64,000 nt of DNA, taken from the NCBI GenBank assembly GCA_012295275.1, contig CM022671.1, positions 9,548,001 through 9,612,000 on the forward strand. Reading direction: 5' to 3'. Within the stretch, counting starts at the first letter, position 1; every line of letters starts with the position of its first letter. This stretch comes from Chrysomallon squamiferum. Taxonomy: Eukaryota; Animalia; Mollusca. The position numbers and the translations under genes were made by a program. Below the pieces are notes generated by a model. The model worked only from the letters and a program-made list of their open reading frames with translations, had not been told where the DNA came from and ran no database searches. Positions 48,292 to 61,302 of this stretch are shown here, in pieces.

Positions 48292-48457
48292 ACAGACTAT
48301 ACATAAATCTGTCACTGATTCTTAACATCTTAATATCTTTTTCATCCACATTTCCTTTCTTGGATTCCTTTTCTAAATATATTTTTTTTTGTTGATGCCT
48401 TTCAAATGATTTTTTTTCAGTCTGCAGCATATCTATCTTCTCCATGCAACAGCATAT
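48292..48457 (-). other. Putative exon, diverged paralog of 63140-63278
   Basis: ttctttcactag| ... |gtaagtgaa; shares AATCATTTGAAAG.CATCAACAAAAAA with the 63.2-kb copy; frame appears disrupted. Confidence 0.4.
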
Positions 48458-49596
48458 CTAGTGAAAGAAGGGGGAATAAAAGTTTATTATTCATGTAAAT
48501 CCCATAATTACATTTTAAAAAATAATTATAAAATTAAAATAGAAATTAATAAATTAAAAGCATTGGTTTACAGTCACATGACATGTTTTAACCAATCACT
48601 GTTGCTTATTCAACATCATCTTGGCTGAGTTTTTTTGGATAGCATGGCCTCTGTTTCAAGCTGATAATTCACAGAAACGGCTGACAATTTAAAAATTGGT
48701 ATACCACAGCACTGTGTGAAAGCTGAGCTTTCTGCTGGAACACAGAATGTCAACAAAGGTTCAAAATGGTGGAAGATGTATATATATATATATATTATAT
48801 TCGAACAGGAGTATTTTTTCAATAAAGTGAATGTTATCTAAGGCAATAAACGGGTATTACAAAAACATCTTTTTATCACATTTATTTACAATAAAACCAA
48901 GCAGATAACCAATGAATATGACTTTGACAAAATTGGAAATTCATGAAAAACAAAATTTCTTCAGTTTTTAGTGATGTTAAAAACTGCATTTCCCTTCAAG
49001 GTAATCAAATTTTAAAAAATAATGTTATATTACTTATTCATGACAGAGCCTGTGCAGTATCACATTCAAAGTCCATTTCCAGTTAATACTGAGCACAAGA
49101 AGCTAACCGATAACTGAAAAAAAAAAAAAAAATGTTTTTTCAATTTATACAACTCAGTGGTATGTAATATATTTAGTAAAACGAAAACATTAGGATGATG
49201 AATTTATATTTTAGGACAAAGTATCATTCATTAAGTAATTCATTAATTCATTAATTCATTTCTGAACTCGGTAATTGCTTAGATAAAAATTAAATTGAGA
49301 AAAACTAAATATAAAACATAATAAACTGAAATTACAATGTTCTAGCAGATTAATGTTATAACTGGAACCCACCAGAAAAGAACATTCAGACGTAGTTTGT
49401 ACCCATTAAATTGGAGAAATCTTAAGCTAATTTTTTTAGCAGACGCAATTTGTGTCGTTACGAGTTATCGTTCCTGTAATTCCATGGGCCTGTGACTGAT
49501 AAACTTGGGCCAATATATTCCAAATTACTGATAGTAAAAACTCCACCTATTGTTTATGCCACCAAATTTAATTTTCTTCGAATACAAGATGGAATA

Positions 49597-49629
<33 letters not shown>

Positions 49630-49729
49630 CAATTACTTCTGCATTTTTAAAAGCACATGCACTATCTGGTACACTACATTCGTTATTAAATAATTTAATA
49701 TAAGCGCAATAGGAAGGGTCACCAGTTGC

Positions 49730-49781
<52 letters not shown>

Positions 49782-49938
49782 ACTTTTAAGTTTAATTTAT
49801 TTTATTTTATTTTTTACCTATTTTATGTATATATATATATATTTTTTTTTTTTTTTCGAAGGTGATATATTTACGGAGGCTTTCCTGGTCATGTCAGAAA
49901 TACTTTGTGTCTCAAGAATTGTATACGCTGCAGCCGTG

Positions 49939-49969
<31 letters not shown>

Positions 49970-50199
49970 TTAGCATGCTAATAATTTTCTTGTTTTTCTC
50001 AAAAAAATTATTATTTATTTAGTTATTTTTTTGTTTAATTATTTATATTTGTTTGTGTTTTGTTTTTTATTATTAATATAGTAAAGTTTAGTCGGATACT
50101 AATCAGTTTCTTTTGTTTTTATAAAATTTATGTTTCTTTTTCTTTTTTTTTTTTTTCATTACGCAACAGACACAACAATAAATAAAAATTCTGCCTTTT

Positions 50200-51200
50200 C
50201 TTTGACAGCGATGCCAACATGGCTGATACCCCCCCCCGCAAAAAAAATCAATATTTTTATTGACGTTAGATAATAAGACACACTTCCGTGTAACTATCGC
50301 AATCAAGGGATGCTCCAAATGCATGTTCTGTAAAGCGGGATCACATGAAAGTGAGTTTGTGAATATAATGCATTTGGATGCAAAGGAATGTTTAATTTCT
50401 TCCAGGGCTTTGAGAATAGCCTGAAATTCAGCAGTGAAAACCGATGCCGAATAACACAACCTTATGTCCGACAGAAAAACTTGAGCACAATCCACAGAAT
50501 TCCTATCCCGCAATCCATCCGTATAAACAGGGATATAATCACGGAATCTTTCTTTTACTTCTATGAAAAGTTGATGATAAATGATAGGATCTGTGCCATC
50601 TTTTCTAAGATGCATAAGATCCAGCACAATGCTAGGTAGCTTAACACACCATGGTGGAAGAACAAAATGTGTAGATGTTTCCAAATGTCTGAAAAATCAA
50701 TGCTGGAAGCAGTTAAAATTTGCTGATGTGAATACCAAATGTTTTAATGACATTCGGCCTTTCATCAACCTCACATATTTGTTGTCAAATATCTTGTCAT
50801 GTCAGGATGTGTTGGTAAAGTTGGTCTGACTCTCCATTCAGTACTGCCAATAACTTCTAAAATATTGGGGTCTTTTAGGGCCTTATTTTACATAAAATGC
50901 AGGGTAAACGTTTAAGTATTTCATCTGGGCCTGCTGAAGTATCATAAGCTCTATGTAGAGCAACCTGCAATTCTTCTATGGCAAAGGGCATGTTGTATAC
51001 CTCAGCATTCCCAGATGAAATATTAATAGTCTGTTTTTCAGCCTTATCACATATGGATGTGAAATCATCTGTACTGAAAGAAGAATTATGGGAAAAGTTA
51101 TCTGCCAACACATTAGCAATGTCTCTATTATTGACAAATGGTGTACAGTGTCGGTGCATTCCTTTACCTTGGTCCTTTAGATCCTATTCCACACAGATCT
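50200..51200 (-). mobile_element. Second I/Nimb-type LINE remnant (RNase H region 50200-50820; pre-RT region 50890-51200)
   Basis: PPWCVKLPSIVLDL...YIPVYTDGLRD...ASVFTAEFQAILKALEEI...IIFTNSLS (RNase H); IANVLADNFSHNSS...YNMPFAIEELQVALHRAYDTSAGPDEI; the RT core between them is missing. Confidence 0.9.
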
Positions 51201-52134
51201 GATTGATGTTTGTGAATTGATACTGAAATATAGTTTGGATGATACCCAGTGCCCAAGATTAATTTGGGTATTAATACTTTCAGTTTTTATAAATATATGC
51301 AAAACTGAAAATTCTGAAGTAATGCTTCTCATTCATACTGCTATAAAATTTTAAATTTTTTGCTAGTATTTTATTGTCAAGTACTATAATCAAATGTTCC
51401 TAATTATTTTCTTTCATCAAAAAATTCATGATTTTCTTAAACAGAATTAACATATGTTAGAATTACAAATCCTGTAAATTAAATAAATAATTAAATAAAG
51501 TAAAACAAACAAATTACAAATTCAGTTGTATATTTTATTCAGATATCTATTGTTTCACTATGGTAACACCACACAGAATGATATACAGGTTCCAAGATGA
51601 CAAAAAATAGCCATATATTAAAAATAATACATTCAAATATCTACTCAATTTCAAGTAAATAAATAAATAAATAAATAATAGCAATAAAAATAATACTAAA
51701 ATTAGTAAAACAAATTTAAAATATTAAGATAATTATAAAAATATCACCATAACAGCAGAAAGATTGTTTTACAACAGAAATTATATGTTTAAAAATACAG
51801 ATGTATTTGTTTAAAATATAATAAATAAATAAATAAATAACCACTGAAGCTTATAGCAAAATAAAACAATTTATGTGTACAGTAATGATTAACATAAAAA
51901 TATACTATTTACAAAGATATGCATTTAAAAGATATATTTTGATAAAAGAAATAAAACAAAATGCTAACAATAAAAATAATATGATACACAAAAAAAATTA
52001 TAAAAAACTCTTCAGAAGTTAAAAAATAATGAAATTTATAGATTTATAATAACACATAAAAATATGGTATAAGATATCAATCAAATAATAGCCAATATAT
52101 CAAAATATTTTTTAAAAATAATAATAAATTGTCA

Positions 52135-52640
52135 TCTGTATGTATTCTGACCAATGCCAGTGACACTAACAGAAACGGGAGCATGCTTGACAGTCTTACC
52201 TACTAACAGTGCGACTGTGACAGTAAAGTCCTGAAATGTGGTTGTCATAGTCACCCTTTCTGACCTTCGCCTGAAAGTGCAACTATGCCAGTAAAGCGCT
52301 GGATGTGTCATAGTCACCCTTTCTGACCTTCGCCTGACAGTGTGACTATGCCAGTAAAGCGCTGGATGTGTCATAGTCACCCTTTCTGACCTTCGCCTGA
52401 CAGTGTGACTTTGACAGTAAAGTGCTGAAGAATGTTTGTCATAGTCACACTTTCTATCCAATGCAAAATACTGCAATTGTGATAGTAAAGAGATGGAATG
52501 TGTTTGTCATAGTCACTTTCCAACCTTCACCAGACAGTAGAGAGTTGGACTAATGATGCCAAGTACTGTGACTGTGTCGGTGAAGGGAACATGCCTCTTA
52601 TGGTCACACTTTCTGATCAATGCTAATGCCACTGTCAGTA
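52135..52640. repeat. ~63-bp tandem repeat (GTCATAGTCACCCTTTCTGACCTTCGCCTGACAGTGTGACTATGCCAGTAAAGCGCTGGATGT), about 7 copies, 3 well conserved
   Basis: Units start near 52244, 52308, 52371, 52438 and 52506; explains ORF 52132..52476. Confidence 0.9.
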
Positions 52641-52896
52641 CTGATTAACTAGAAAAAGATGACATTCTTGTTAAGTTGGCAGGCCACAGCGGAATACATG
52701 ACTGTGTACAACAACAGGTGTTGTTAATGGCAGTGATTTAAGCAATTCAGTTTGGCCTGATTTAAAAGAAATGAGTTTTGCAAGGAAACAAGAATAGGTG
52801 AGATCACTAAGTTGATCAAATCAAAAGATATAAAGATATTTAGCAAACATTTTTAAAAAGAAAAGAAAAAACAAATTTAAATAAATAATTGAAAAA

Positions 52897-52927
<31 letters not shown>

Positions 52928-53050
52928 AAATGCCTAGACAAGGTTTCTATTACATACACAAATCAAATACATATCAGAATGAAAACACATATGTAGCAAC
53001 ATCTATTTCCCCACCCAAGAATGATATTCTGTATATGGATGGGGCGAAAG

Positions 53051-53082
<32 letters not shown>

Positions 53083-53110
53083 GGTATAAATGAAATTTCC
53101 TAATGGAATA

Positions 53111-53163
<53 letters not shown>

Positions 53164-53425
53164 GTTTTTTAAAAGAGGATATTTTTTATTCTTTAGTTGT
53201 TTTTTTTAGTTTTCATTATAATTTTTAATTTGTTTTGTGAAATTATGTGTTTATAGAATCAATGCTGCTGATATTGCAAGTAATCTTATGTGCACCATTC
53301 TGTGAGTTTGTATATTTTTTTTTTATGTACATGTGTTGTTAACTGCTGTACTGTGATGACTGGAATTTTTGGAATTTAAGAATTTTCCAGAGAAATAAAA
53401 TAATTATTTATCTATATCAAAACAC

Positions 53426-53460
<35 letters not shown>

Positions 53461-54265
53461 AAAATAAAAATAACTATAAACACTGAGCATTTCCCACAAG
53501 GAGTCTTACTTTTCAAAGATTACAAGGTGTTTACCAAGTATTATCTTGAAAATATTTTACTGACCTGAAACCTAACAAAACTTATTTGGACATCTTGGTT
53601 TAAGAAGACATGAGACTGCACTATGAAATAAAAAAAATTTGAGAAAATAATTTGAAACGGAATGAATAGTGAATACTGTAATACCAGAACAATCTACAAT
53701 ATGACAGAACAGTGGTTTATCTAGATAATTTGTTCTGAGTATATGAAGAGTCACTGAGAAGTCTCAGATGTTAAGATGAAGCATCGAATAGAACATATGC
53801 TAAAATCCAAGAACCATCAGAGTAATTTCTGTCCCAATAACTTTCAGTTCTGGGCAAACAGCTTGGGGCAGTTATTCTGAATTCCCAGAACAGCAAGTTA
53901 CAATAAAAATTTATGAATTAACTCAGTTAATTTTCAGAAATCAGCAAGAGACAATAAAAGAAGGGTATACAAATATATAAACCACCCCCCCCCCACAAAA
54001 AAAAAAAAAAAAAATTCAGAAATTAGTTATTTCCATTAACTTTCAGTTCTGGACAGACAGGATGGGGCAGTTATTCTGAATTCCCAGGACAGCAAGCTAA
54101 AGAATAGAAAGTTTCTATGAAATTTACATGGATATATAAATATGCAAGAATATCCTGTGAATGATAGAATTGAGAAATAGTTCCATTAATCTTCAGCAAA
54201 TAGCAGAGAGAAGATATTCTGAATTCCCGGGACAGCAAGATATAACAAAATAATGATAGAAAAGA

Positions 54266-54307
<42 letters not shown>

Positions 54308-54370
54308 TAATAATAAAAATAAAATAATAGTAATAATAATACAAAATAAAATAATAATCATAATGATAAC

Positions 54371-54401
<31 letters not shown>

Positions 54402-54739
54402 TTCAACTGGTGACAACAACAACAACAACAAGTATATAAATAAATAAATACATAAAATACCAGCAACATACATGAGAAGATTTCTATATATTCAGAATTT
54501 TTTAGATTTTTTTTTTTTTTTTTTTTTTTTTTCTGGCATAAGTTTGGGAAGCTAAGGTGAAATTCCAGATAACAATTTAAATTTTAATATATATATATAT
54601 AGTTTAATAAAAAAAAAAAAAAAGTTTTGGCTGCCTGTAATGGTTGAATTATTTTGGTATACAGAAGAGTAGTGATGTTGTGATTTATTAATTTTAAAAA
54701 TAAAGAAACTAACAACAGAGATAATAAAGTATGCCTTGA

Positions 54740-55148
54740 ATAATCTAATTTAATCTGTTTTCTAGGAATACAACTGAGGTGCTGTTATTGAATTCCCAGG
54801 AAACAGAATTAAAATAGTCGAACATGAAAATCAGTAAGAAGTAAAAAAAAAAGAAGCAAGTCCAATGAAGATACTTTATAAAACTGATATTAGAAAGCAG
54901 AGGAAATAAGATAATCTACTGCCCTGATTGGCCATAGTTCTCACTGAACATATTGATAGTTGACTGGAATTGCTCATGGAATGTCAAAAATTTTTTTTTT
55001 TTTTTAATATTTGTCAGTAACACATCCTTAAAATATTGTTATTTAATTTAATTTGTTTTCTGGGAATACAACTGAGGTGCCATTATTGAATTCCCAGGAA
55101 ACAGAATTAAAACAGTCAAACATGAAAATCAGTAAGAAGTAAAGATAC

Positions 55149-55186
<38 letters not shown>

Positions 55187-55290
55187 AAGCAAATCCAATG
55201 AAGATACTTTATAAAACTGATATTAGAAAGCAGGAAATAAGATAATCTACTGCCCTGATTGGCCATAGTTCTCACTGAACATATTAACTG
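54740..55290. repeat. Recent ~300-bp-period tandem duplication (54745-54955 vs 55045-55285)
   Basis: Near-identical GAATACAACTGAGGTGC...GAATTCCCAGGAAACAGAATTAAAA and CCAATGAAGATACTTTATAAAACTG...CTACTGCCCTGATTGGCCATAGTTCTCACTGAACATATT. Confidence 0.9.
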
Positions 55291-55388
55291 TTTATAAAAT
55301 ACATTTTTTAAAACCAAGTAAAAATGTGATATAAATAATTATATAACAAATAAACAAATATCATCATATAAAATAACAAATCTAAAAC

Positions 55389-55441
<53 letters not shown>

Positions 55442-56557
55442 AAAGCAGGAATGCTGTTTTAAACCTATTAAAATAATATTAATAAAATTTAAATAAATCA
55501 CTTCTAATTTTATTCACATACAGACACACAAATTATGTAACTCTGATCGCTAATGTAAAATTTGGCAAACTTTTTCCAAGTAATAATTAATATATTGAGC
55601 CCTGTGTCATTTGCCAAATATATATATATAAAAAAAAAAAAAAAAATAAATTAATATTTTTAAGGTTATTTATCATTTCAAAAAAACTATGTAGAATATA
55701 CCTTTCTATATATATTCAATATAACCTTTCTACAGTTGGTTATAAAAAAACAAATGATGATAAAATTAAAATTCAAATTAAAATATAATGTGTATACTCA
55801 CACTGTTTTACCCAGAAGAAATGTTTTAAATAATTTTTCTTGTCCAAATGGTCACATGTACATTGTATATGTTTTTCCCCTTAATATATTAAAGCTTATA
55901 AAAATAAAAATAAATATTAACAAATTAAACCATAAACAATATTATCGACTGCACCAAAATCTATTTCCAGTTTAATCACTGTAACAAACAGAGGTAGTGC
56001 ATGATGTTTTTTTTTTTTTTTTCTTCTGTTTCTTTTCTTTTTCTTTCTGTCTGTATATGTATGTAAGTATGTGTGTATGTGTGTGAGTGTCTGTGTGTTT
56101 GTGCGTGTTCCATGTTTATCACTGAAATTCAACAGTGCAACTTGATGACACTCCCAGCATCTGTTGACCATCCATGATGAGATATTCCCCATGTGTAACA
56201 TTCCCAGTCCAAGAACACTGGACAGGAGTGACCCACCAGATGGACAGATGTCCCATCAGCAGCATCGTCACCCAGAAAATCCCTGTCACCGAAGGAGCGA
56301 CCTCACAAGCCACCACCAGCCCTGAGGATGCCCACTTCACCCATGTTACCCTGACAAAAGTGCATTCATCCCGCAACCGTTACCTGAAATCATTGGTGCA
56401 TCCATTCTAGAGCCGCAACCATTTCCACCAACCTGCCTATTGGGGACAAACATCATGTTTTTAGTAGTATGTGCCGACTGGGGATGTGCTGAATGTTAGT
56501 AGTATTAGTAAATTATGTTAAATTAGTATGTTGAAAGAAAAAGTGATGAGGACAAGT

Positions 56558-56792
56558 CTCTGTGATGACCTGTGTGCTCCACAGGAACAGTGATTTCATC
56601 CCAGAACAGTTTCTGATCATTCACTGCTCCTGCTCAGACCATCACAGAGTAGGAAAATGTGTTATTAGTCAAAATTAGAAAAACAAGAACAAAAAAACAT
56701 TTAAATCTTTGATGGTCTGTCTGCCCTACAGGAACAATGACCTCATTCCAGTATCTGCTGGTCATTCATTTTTCCTGCCCAGACTATCAAAG
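56558..56792. ncRNA. Two paralogous ~85-90 nt stem-loops (56558-56649 and 56707-56792), candidate structured RNA
   Basis: CTCTGTGATG/CATCACAGAG plus CAGGA.CAGTGA/TCACTG.TCCTG in the first; CTTTGATGGTCTG/CAGACTATCAAAG plus CAGGAA/TTCCTG in the second. Confidence 0.3.
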
Positions 56793-56806
56793 ATGTAAAA
56801 TGTTTA

Positions 56807-56905
<99 letters not shown>

Positions 56906-56989
56906 GTTTATTATTACTATCACAAGCAAACATTCATACAAATAAGAAATATGCTCACACATACAAATACTGGCATACATATTAGTAAA

Positions 56990-57392
56990 CAACTAATATT
57001 TCTGACACACATTTTAGATAAAACACAAACACACAGTAATTACACACTGATGCATTTGATATACACACTGACACACACATTAGTATATACATATACAAAC
57101 AAACTACTCTACATATTAGTATAAACACTAACAAATATTAGTATACACACATAAACACACTGCTACATATAAGTACATGCACACTGACACACACACACAC
57201 ACTGCAAAAATATTAGTCAACACATTCACCAACTCATTAATAAACATTCATACACTGACACACATATTAGCACACATATACACACTGACACATACATATT
57301 GGACAACATATACACACTGTCACAAATATTAGACAACATATACACACTGACACACATATTAGTACAGATACACACTGACAGACATATTAGTA
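56990..57392. repeat. CA-rich degenerate minisatellite (ACACACTGACACACATATTAG..)
   Basis: Repeated motif of roughly 30 bp. Confidence 0.8.
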
Positions 57393-57857
57393 ACCATGAC
57401 ATCTATCTACCAACAGACAGGATGGTGGAGATGATCCCTACTCTGCAATGGGTACATCAGTGAGATCAGGGAACACAGCAGTCCTGCATCAAGGTACCAG
57501 GAGTGAAATGGACATACACAGGACTGTATGATGACTTGTGGGGTGGGTCCTTCAGTGACAAGGATGTCTGGGTGATGATACTGGTGATGTGACATCTGTT
57601 CACCTGATGGGACCTACCCACCCAGTGTTCTTGACCTGGGAATGTTGGTTGAAGTATTACATGGAGAATACCTGATCATGTATGCTCAAAGATGACTGAG
57701 AAAATGTCATTAAATTACATTGCTGAGTTCCAGTGATAAACAGCTGGAGTGATGTGGTGTATGAAATGAATGGGGAGAACGAAAAGAAAAAAGAAAAGAA
57801 AGAGTATTGAGAAGAAAAAAAGAAATAGATATACCCCACTCTATGTCATTAACTGGT

Positions 57858-60800
57858 TCTAGTGTTTTACCACTAAAACAACAGCAGACATGTAGTCGAT
57901 GTCTGACAACAATAAATATGGGTAACATTAGTGTTTTAACACTACAACAACAGCAGACATGTAGAGGATGTCTGACAACAATAAATATGGGTATCCCTTG
58001 TGTTTTACCACTACAACAACAGCAGACATGTAGTAGATGTCTGACAACAATAAATATGGGTATCCCTAGTGTTTTTTACCACTACAACAACAACAGCAGA
58101 CATGTAGAGGATGTCTGACAACAATAAATATGGGTATCCCTAGTGTTTTACCACTACAACAACAGCAGACATGTAGTGGATGTCTGACAACAATAAATAT
58201 GGGTATCCCTAGTGTTTTAACACTACAACAACAGCAGATATATAGATGATGTCTGATAACAATACAAATGGGTATCCCTAGTGTTTTAACACTACAACAA
58301 CAGCAGACATAGTGGATGTCTCACAATAAATATGGGTAATATTAGTGTTTTAACAATACAACAACAGCAGACATGTAGATGATGTCTGATAACAATAAAA
58401 ATGGGTATCCCTAGTGTTTTACCACTACAACAACAGCAGACATGTAGAGGATGTCTGACAACAATAAATATGGGTATCCCTAGTGTTTTACCACTACAAC
58501 AACAGCAGACATGTAGAGGATGTCTGACAACAATAAATATGGGTATCCCTAGTGTTTTACCACTACAACAACAGCAGACATGTAGAGGATGTCTGACAAC
58601 AATAAAAATGGGTATCCCTAGTGTTTTACCACTACAACAACAGCAGACATGTAGATGATGTCTGACAACAATAAATATGGGTATCCCTAGTGTTTACCAC
58701 TACAACAACAGCAGACATGTAGTCGATGTCTGACAACAATAAATATGGGTAACATTAGTGTTTTACCACTACAACAACAACAGACATGTAGTCGATGTCT
58801 GACAACAATAAATATGGGTATCCCTAGTGTTTTACCACTACAACAACAACAACAGCAGACATGTAGTTGATGTCTGAAACAATAAATATGGGTATCATTA
58901 GTGTTTTAACACTACAACAACAGCAGACATGTAGATGATGTCTGATAACAATAAAAATGGGTATCCCTAGTGTTTTACCACTACAACAACAACAACAGCA
59001 GACATGTAGTGGATGTCTGACAACAATAAATATGGGTATCATTAGTGTTTTAACACTACAACAACAGCAGACATGTAGTCGATGTCTGAAACAATAAATA
59101 TGGGTATCCCTAGTGTTTTACCACTACAACAACAGCAGACATGTAGAGGATGTCTGACAACAATAAATATGGGTATCCCTAGTGTTTTAACACTACAACA
59201 ACAGCAGACATGTAGATGATGTCTGACAACAATAAAAATGGGTATCCCTAGTGTTTTACCACTACAACAACAGCAGACATGTAGAGGATGTCTGACAACA
59301 ATAAATATGGGTATCCCTAGTGTTTTACCACTACAACAACAGCAGACATGTAGAGGATGTCTGACAACAATAAAAATGGGTATCCCTAGTGTTTTACCAC
59401 TACAACAACAGCAGACATGTAGAGGATGTCTGACAACAATAAATATGGGTATCCCTAGTGTTTTACCACTACAACAACAGCAGACAGACATGTAGAGGAT
59501 GTCTGACAACAATAAAAATGGGTATCCCTAGTGTTTTACCACTACAACAACAACAACAGCAGACATGTAGATGATGTCTGACAACAATAAATATGGATAT
59601 CCCTAGTGTTTTAACACTACAACAACAGCAGACATGTAGATGATGTCTGACAACAATAAAAATGGGTATCCCTAGTGTTTTACCACTACAACAACAGCAG
59701 ACATGTAGATGATGTCTGATAACAATAAAAATGGGTATCCCTAGTGTTTTACCACACTACAACAACAACAGCAGACATGTAGAGGATGTCTGATAACAAT
59801 AAAAATGGGTATCCCTAGTGTTTTACCACTACAACAACAGCAGACATGTAGAGGATGTCTGACAACAATAAAAATGGGTATCCCTAGTGTTTTACCACTA
59901 CAACAACAGCAGACATGTAGAGGATGTCTGAAACAATAAATATGGGTATCCCTAGTGTTTTACCACTACAACAACAGCAGACATGTAGTCGATGTCTGAC
60001 AACAATAAATATGGGTATCCCTAGTGTTTTACACACTACAACAACAGCAGACATGTAGAGGATGTCTGACAACAATAAATATGGGTAACATTAGTGTTTT
60101 ACCACTACAACAACAGCAGACATGTAGATGATGTCTGATAACAATAAAAATGGGTATCCCTAGTGTTTTACCACTACAACAACAGCAGACATGTAGATGA
60201 TGTCTGATAACAATAAAAATGGGTATCCCTAGTGTTTTACCACTACAACAACAGCAGACATGTAGAGGATGTCTGACAACAATAAATATGGGTATCCCTA
60301 GTGTTTTACCACTACAACAACAGCAGACATGTAGATGATGTCTGATAACAATAAAATGGGTATCCCTAGTGTTTTACCACTACAACAACAGCAGACATGT
60401 AGAGGATGTCTGATAACAATAAAAATGGGTATCCCTAGTGTTTTACCACTACAACAACAGCAGACATGTAGATGATGTCTGACAACAAAAAATGGGTATC
60501 CCTAGTGTTTTAACACTACAACAACAGCAGACATGTAGATGATGTCTGATAACAATAAATATGGGTAACATTAGTGTTTTAACACTACAACAACAGCAGA
60601 CATGTAGATGATGTCTGATAACAATAAAAATGGGTATCCCTAGTGTTTTACCACTACAACAACAACAACAGCAGACATGTAGTGGATGTCTGAAACAATA
60701 AATATGGGTATCATTAGTGTTTTACCACTACAACAACAGCAGACATGTAGATGATGTCTGATAACAATAAAAATGGGTATCCCTAGTGTTTTACCACTAC

Positions 60801-61302
60801 AACAACAGCAGACATATAGTGGATGTCTGAAACAATAAATATGGGTAACATTAGTGTTTTAACACTACAACAACAGCAGACATGTAGAGGATGTCTGATA
60901 ACAACAATAAAAATGGGTATCCCTAGTGTTTTACCACTACAACAACAGCAGACATGTAGTGGATGTCTGACAACAATAAATATGGGGATGTCTACAAACA
61001 ACAAATAGGGGTCTGATAACAATAAATATGTGTTTTAGTGTTTTACCACTACAACAACAGCAGACATGTAGAGGATGTCTGACAACAATAAATATGGGTA
61101 TCCATTAGTGTTTTACCACTACAACAACAGCAGACATATAGTGGATGTCTGATAACAATAAATATGGGTAACATTAGTGTTTTACCACTACAACAACAGC
61201 AGACATGTAGAGGATGTCTGACAACAATAAAAATGGGTATCCCTAGTGTTTTACCACTACAACAACAGCAGACATGTAGAGGATGTCTGACAACAATAAA
61301 TA
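57858..61302. repeat. 69-bp satellite (ACAACAATAAATATGGGTATCCCTAGTGTTTTACCACTACAACAACAGCAGACATGTAGAGGATGTCTG), about 50 copies
   Basis: Highly homogeneous tandem units; source of the MGIPSVLPLQQQQTCRGCLTTIN and CCCCSGKTLGIPIFIVVRHPLHV ORFs. Confidence 0.98.

Larger units (their letters stand above)
56110..57745. repeat. Diverged inverted repeat pair, ~340-bp GC-richer arms (56110-56450 and 57410-57745)
   Basis: Reverse complement of the right arm aligns by eye with the left arm: TGTTTATCACTG.AA.TCA.CA.TG, ACATTCCCAG..CAAGAACACTGG, CAGATGTC.CATCA.CAG.ATC.TCACCCAGA.ATCC.TGTCAC.GAAGGA. Confidence 0.85.

Noticed and set aside
56170-56250. 5S rRNA-derived sequence in the inverted arms
   Set aside because: Only a loose resemblance to the 5S internal control region; no extended match.
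57807-61022. Cys-rich or polyQ repeat protein gene
   Set aside because: Frames are broken frequently by 1-2 nt indels and TGA variants; open stretches are expected from a stop-free 69-bp unit.
57858-61302. Hammerhead ribozyme satellite
   Set aside because: Three stems are present, but the catalytic core is not: CTGA(C/T)AA instead of CUGANGA, and no correctly placed GAAA on either strand.
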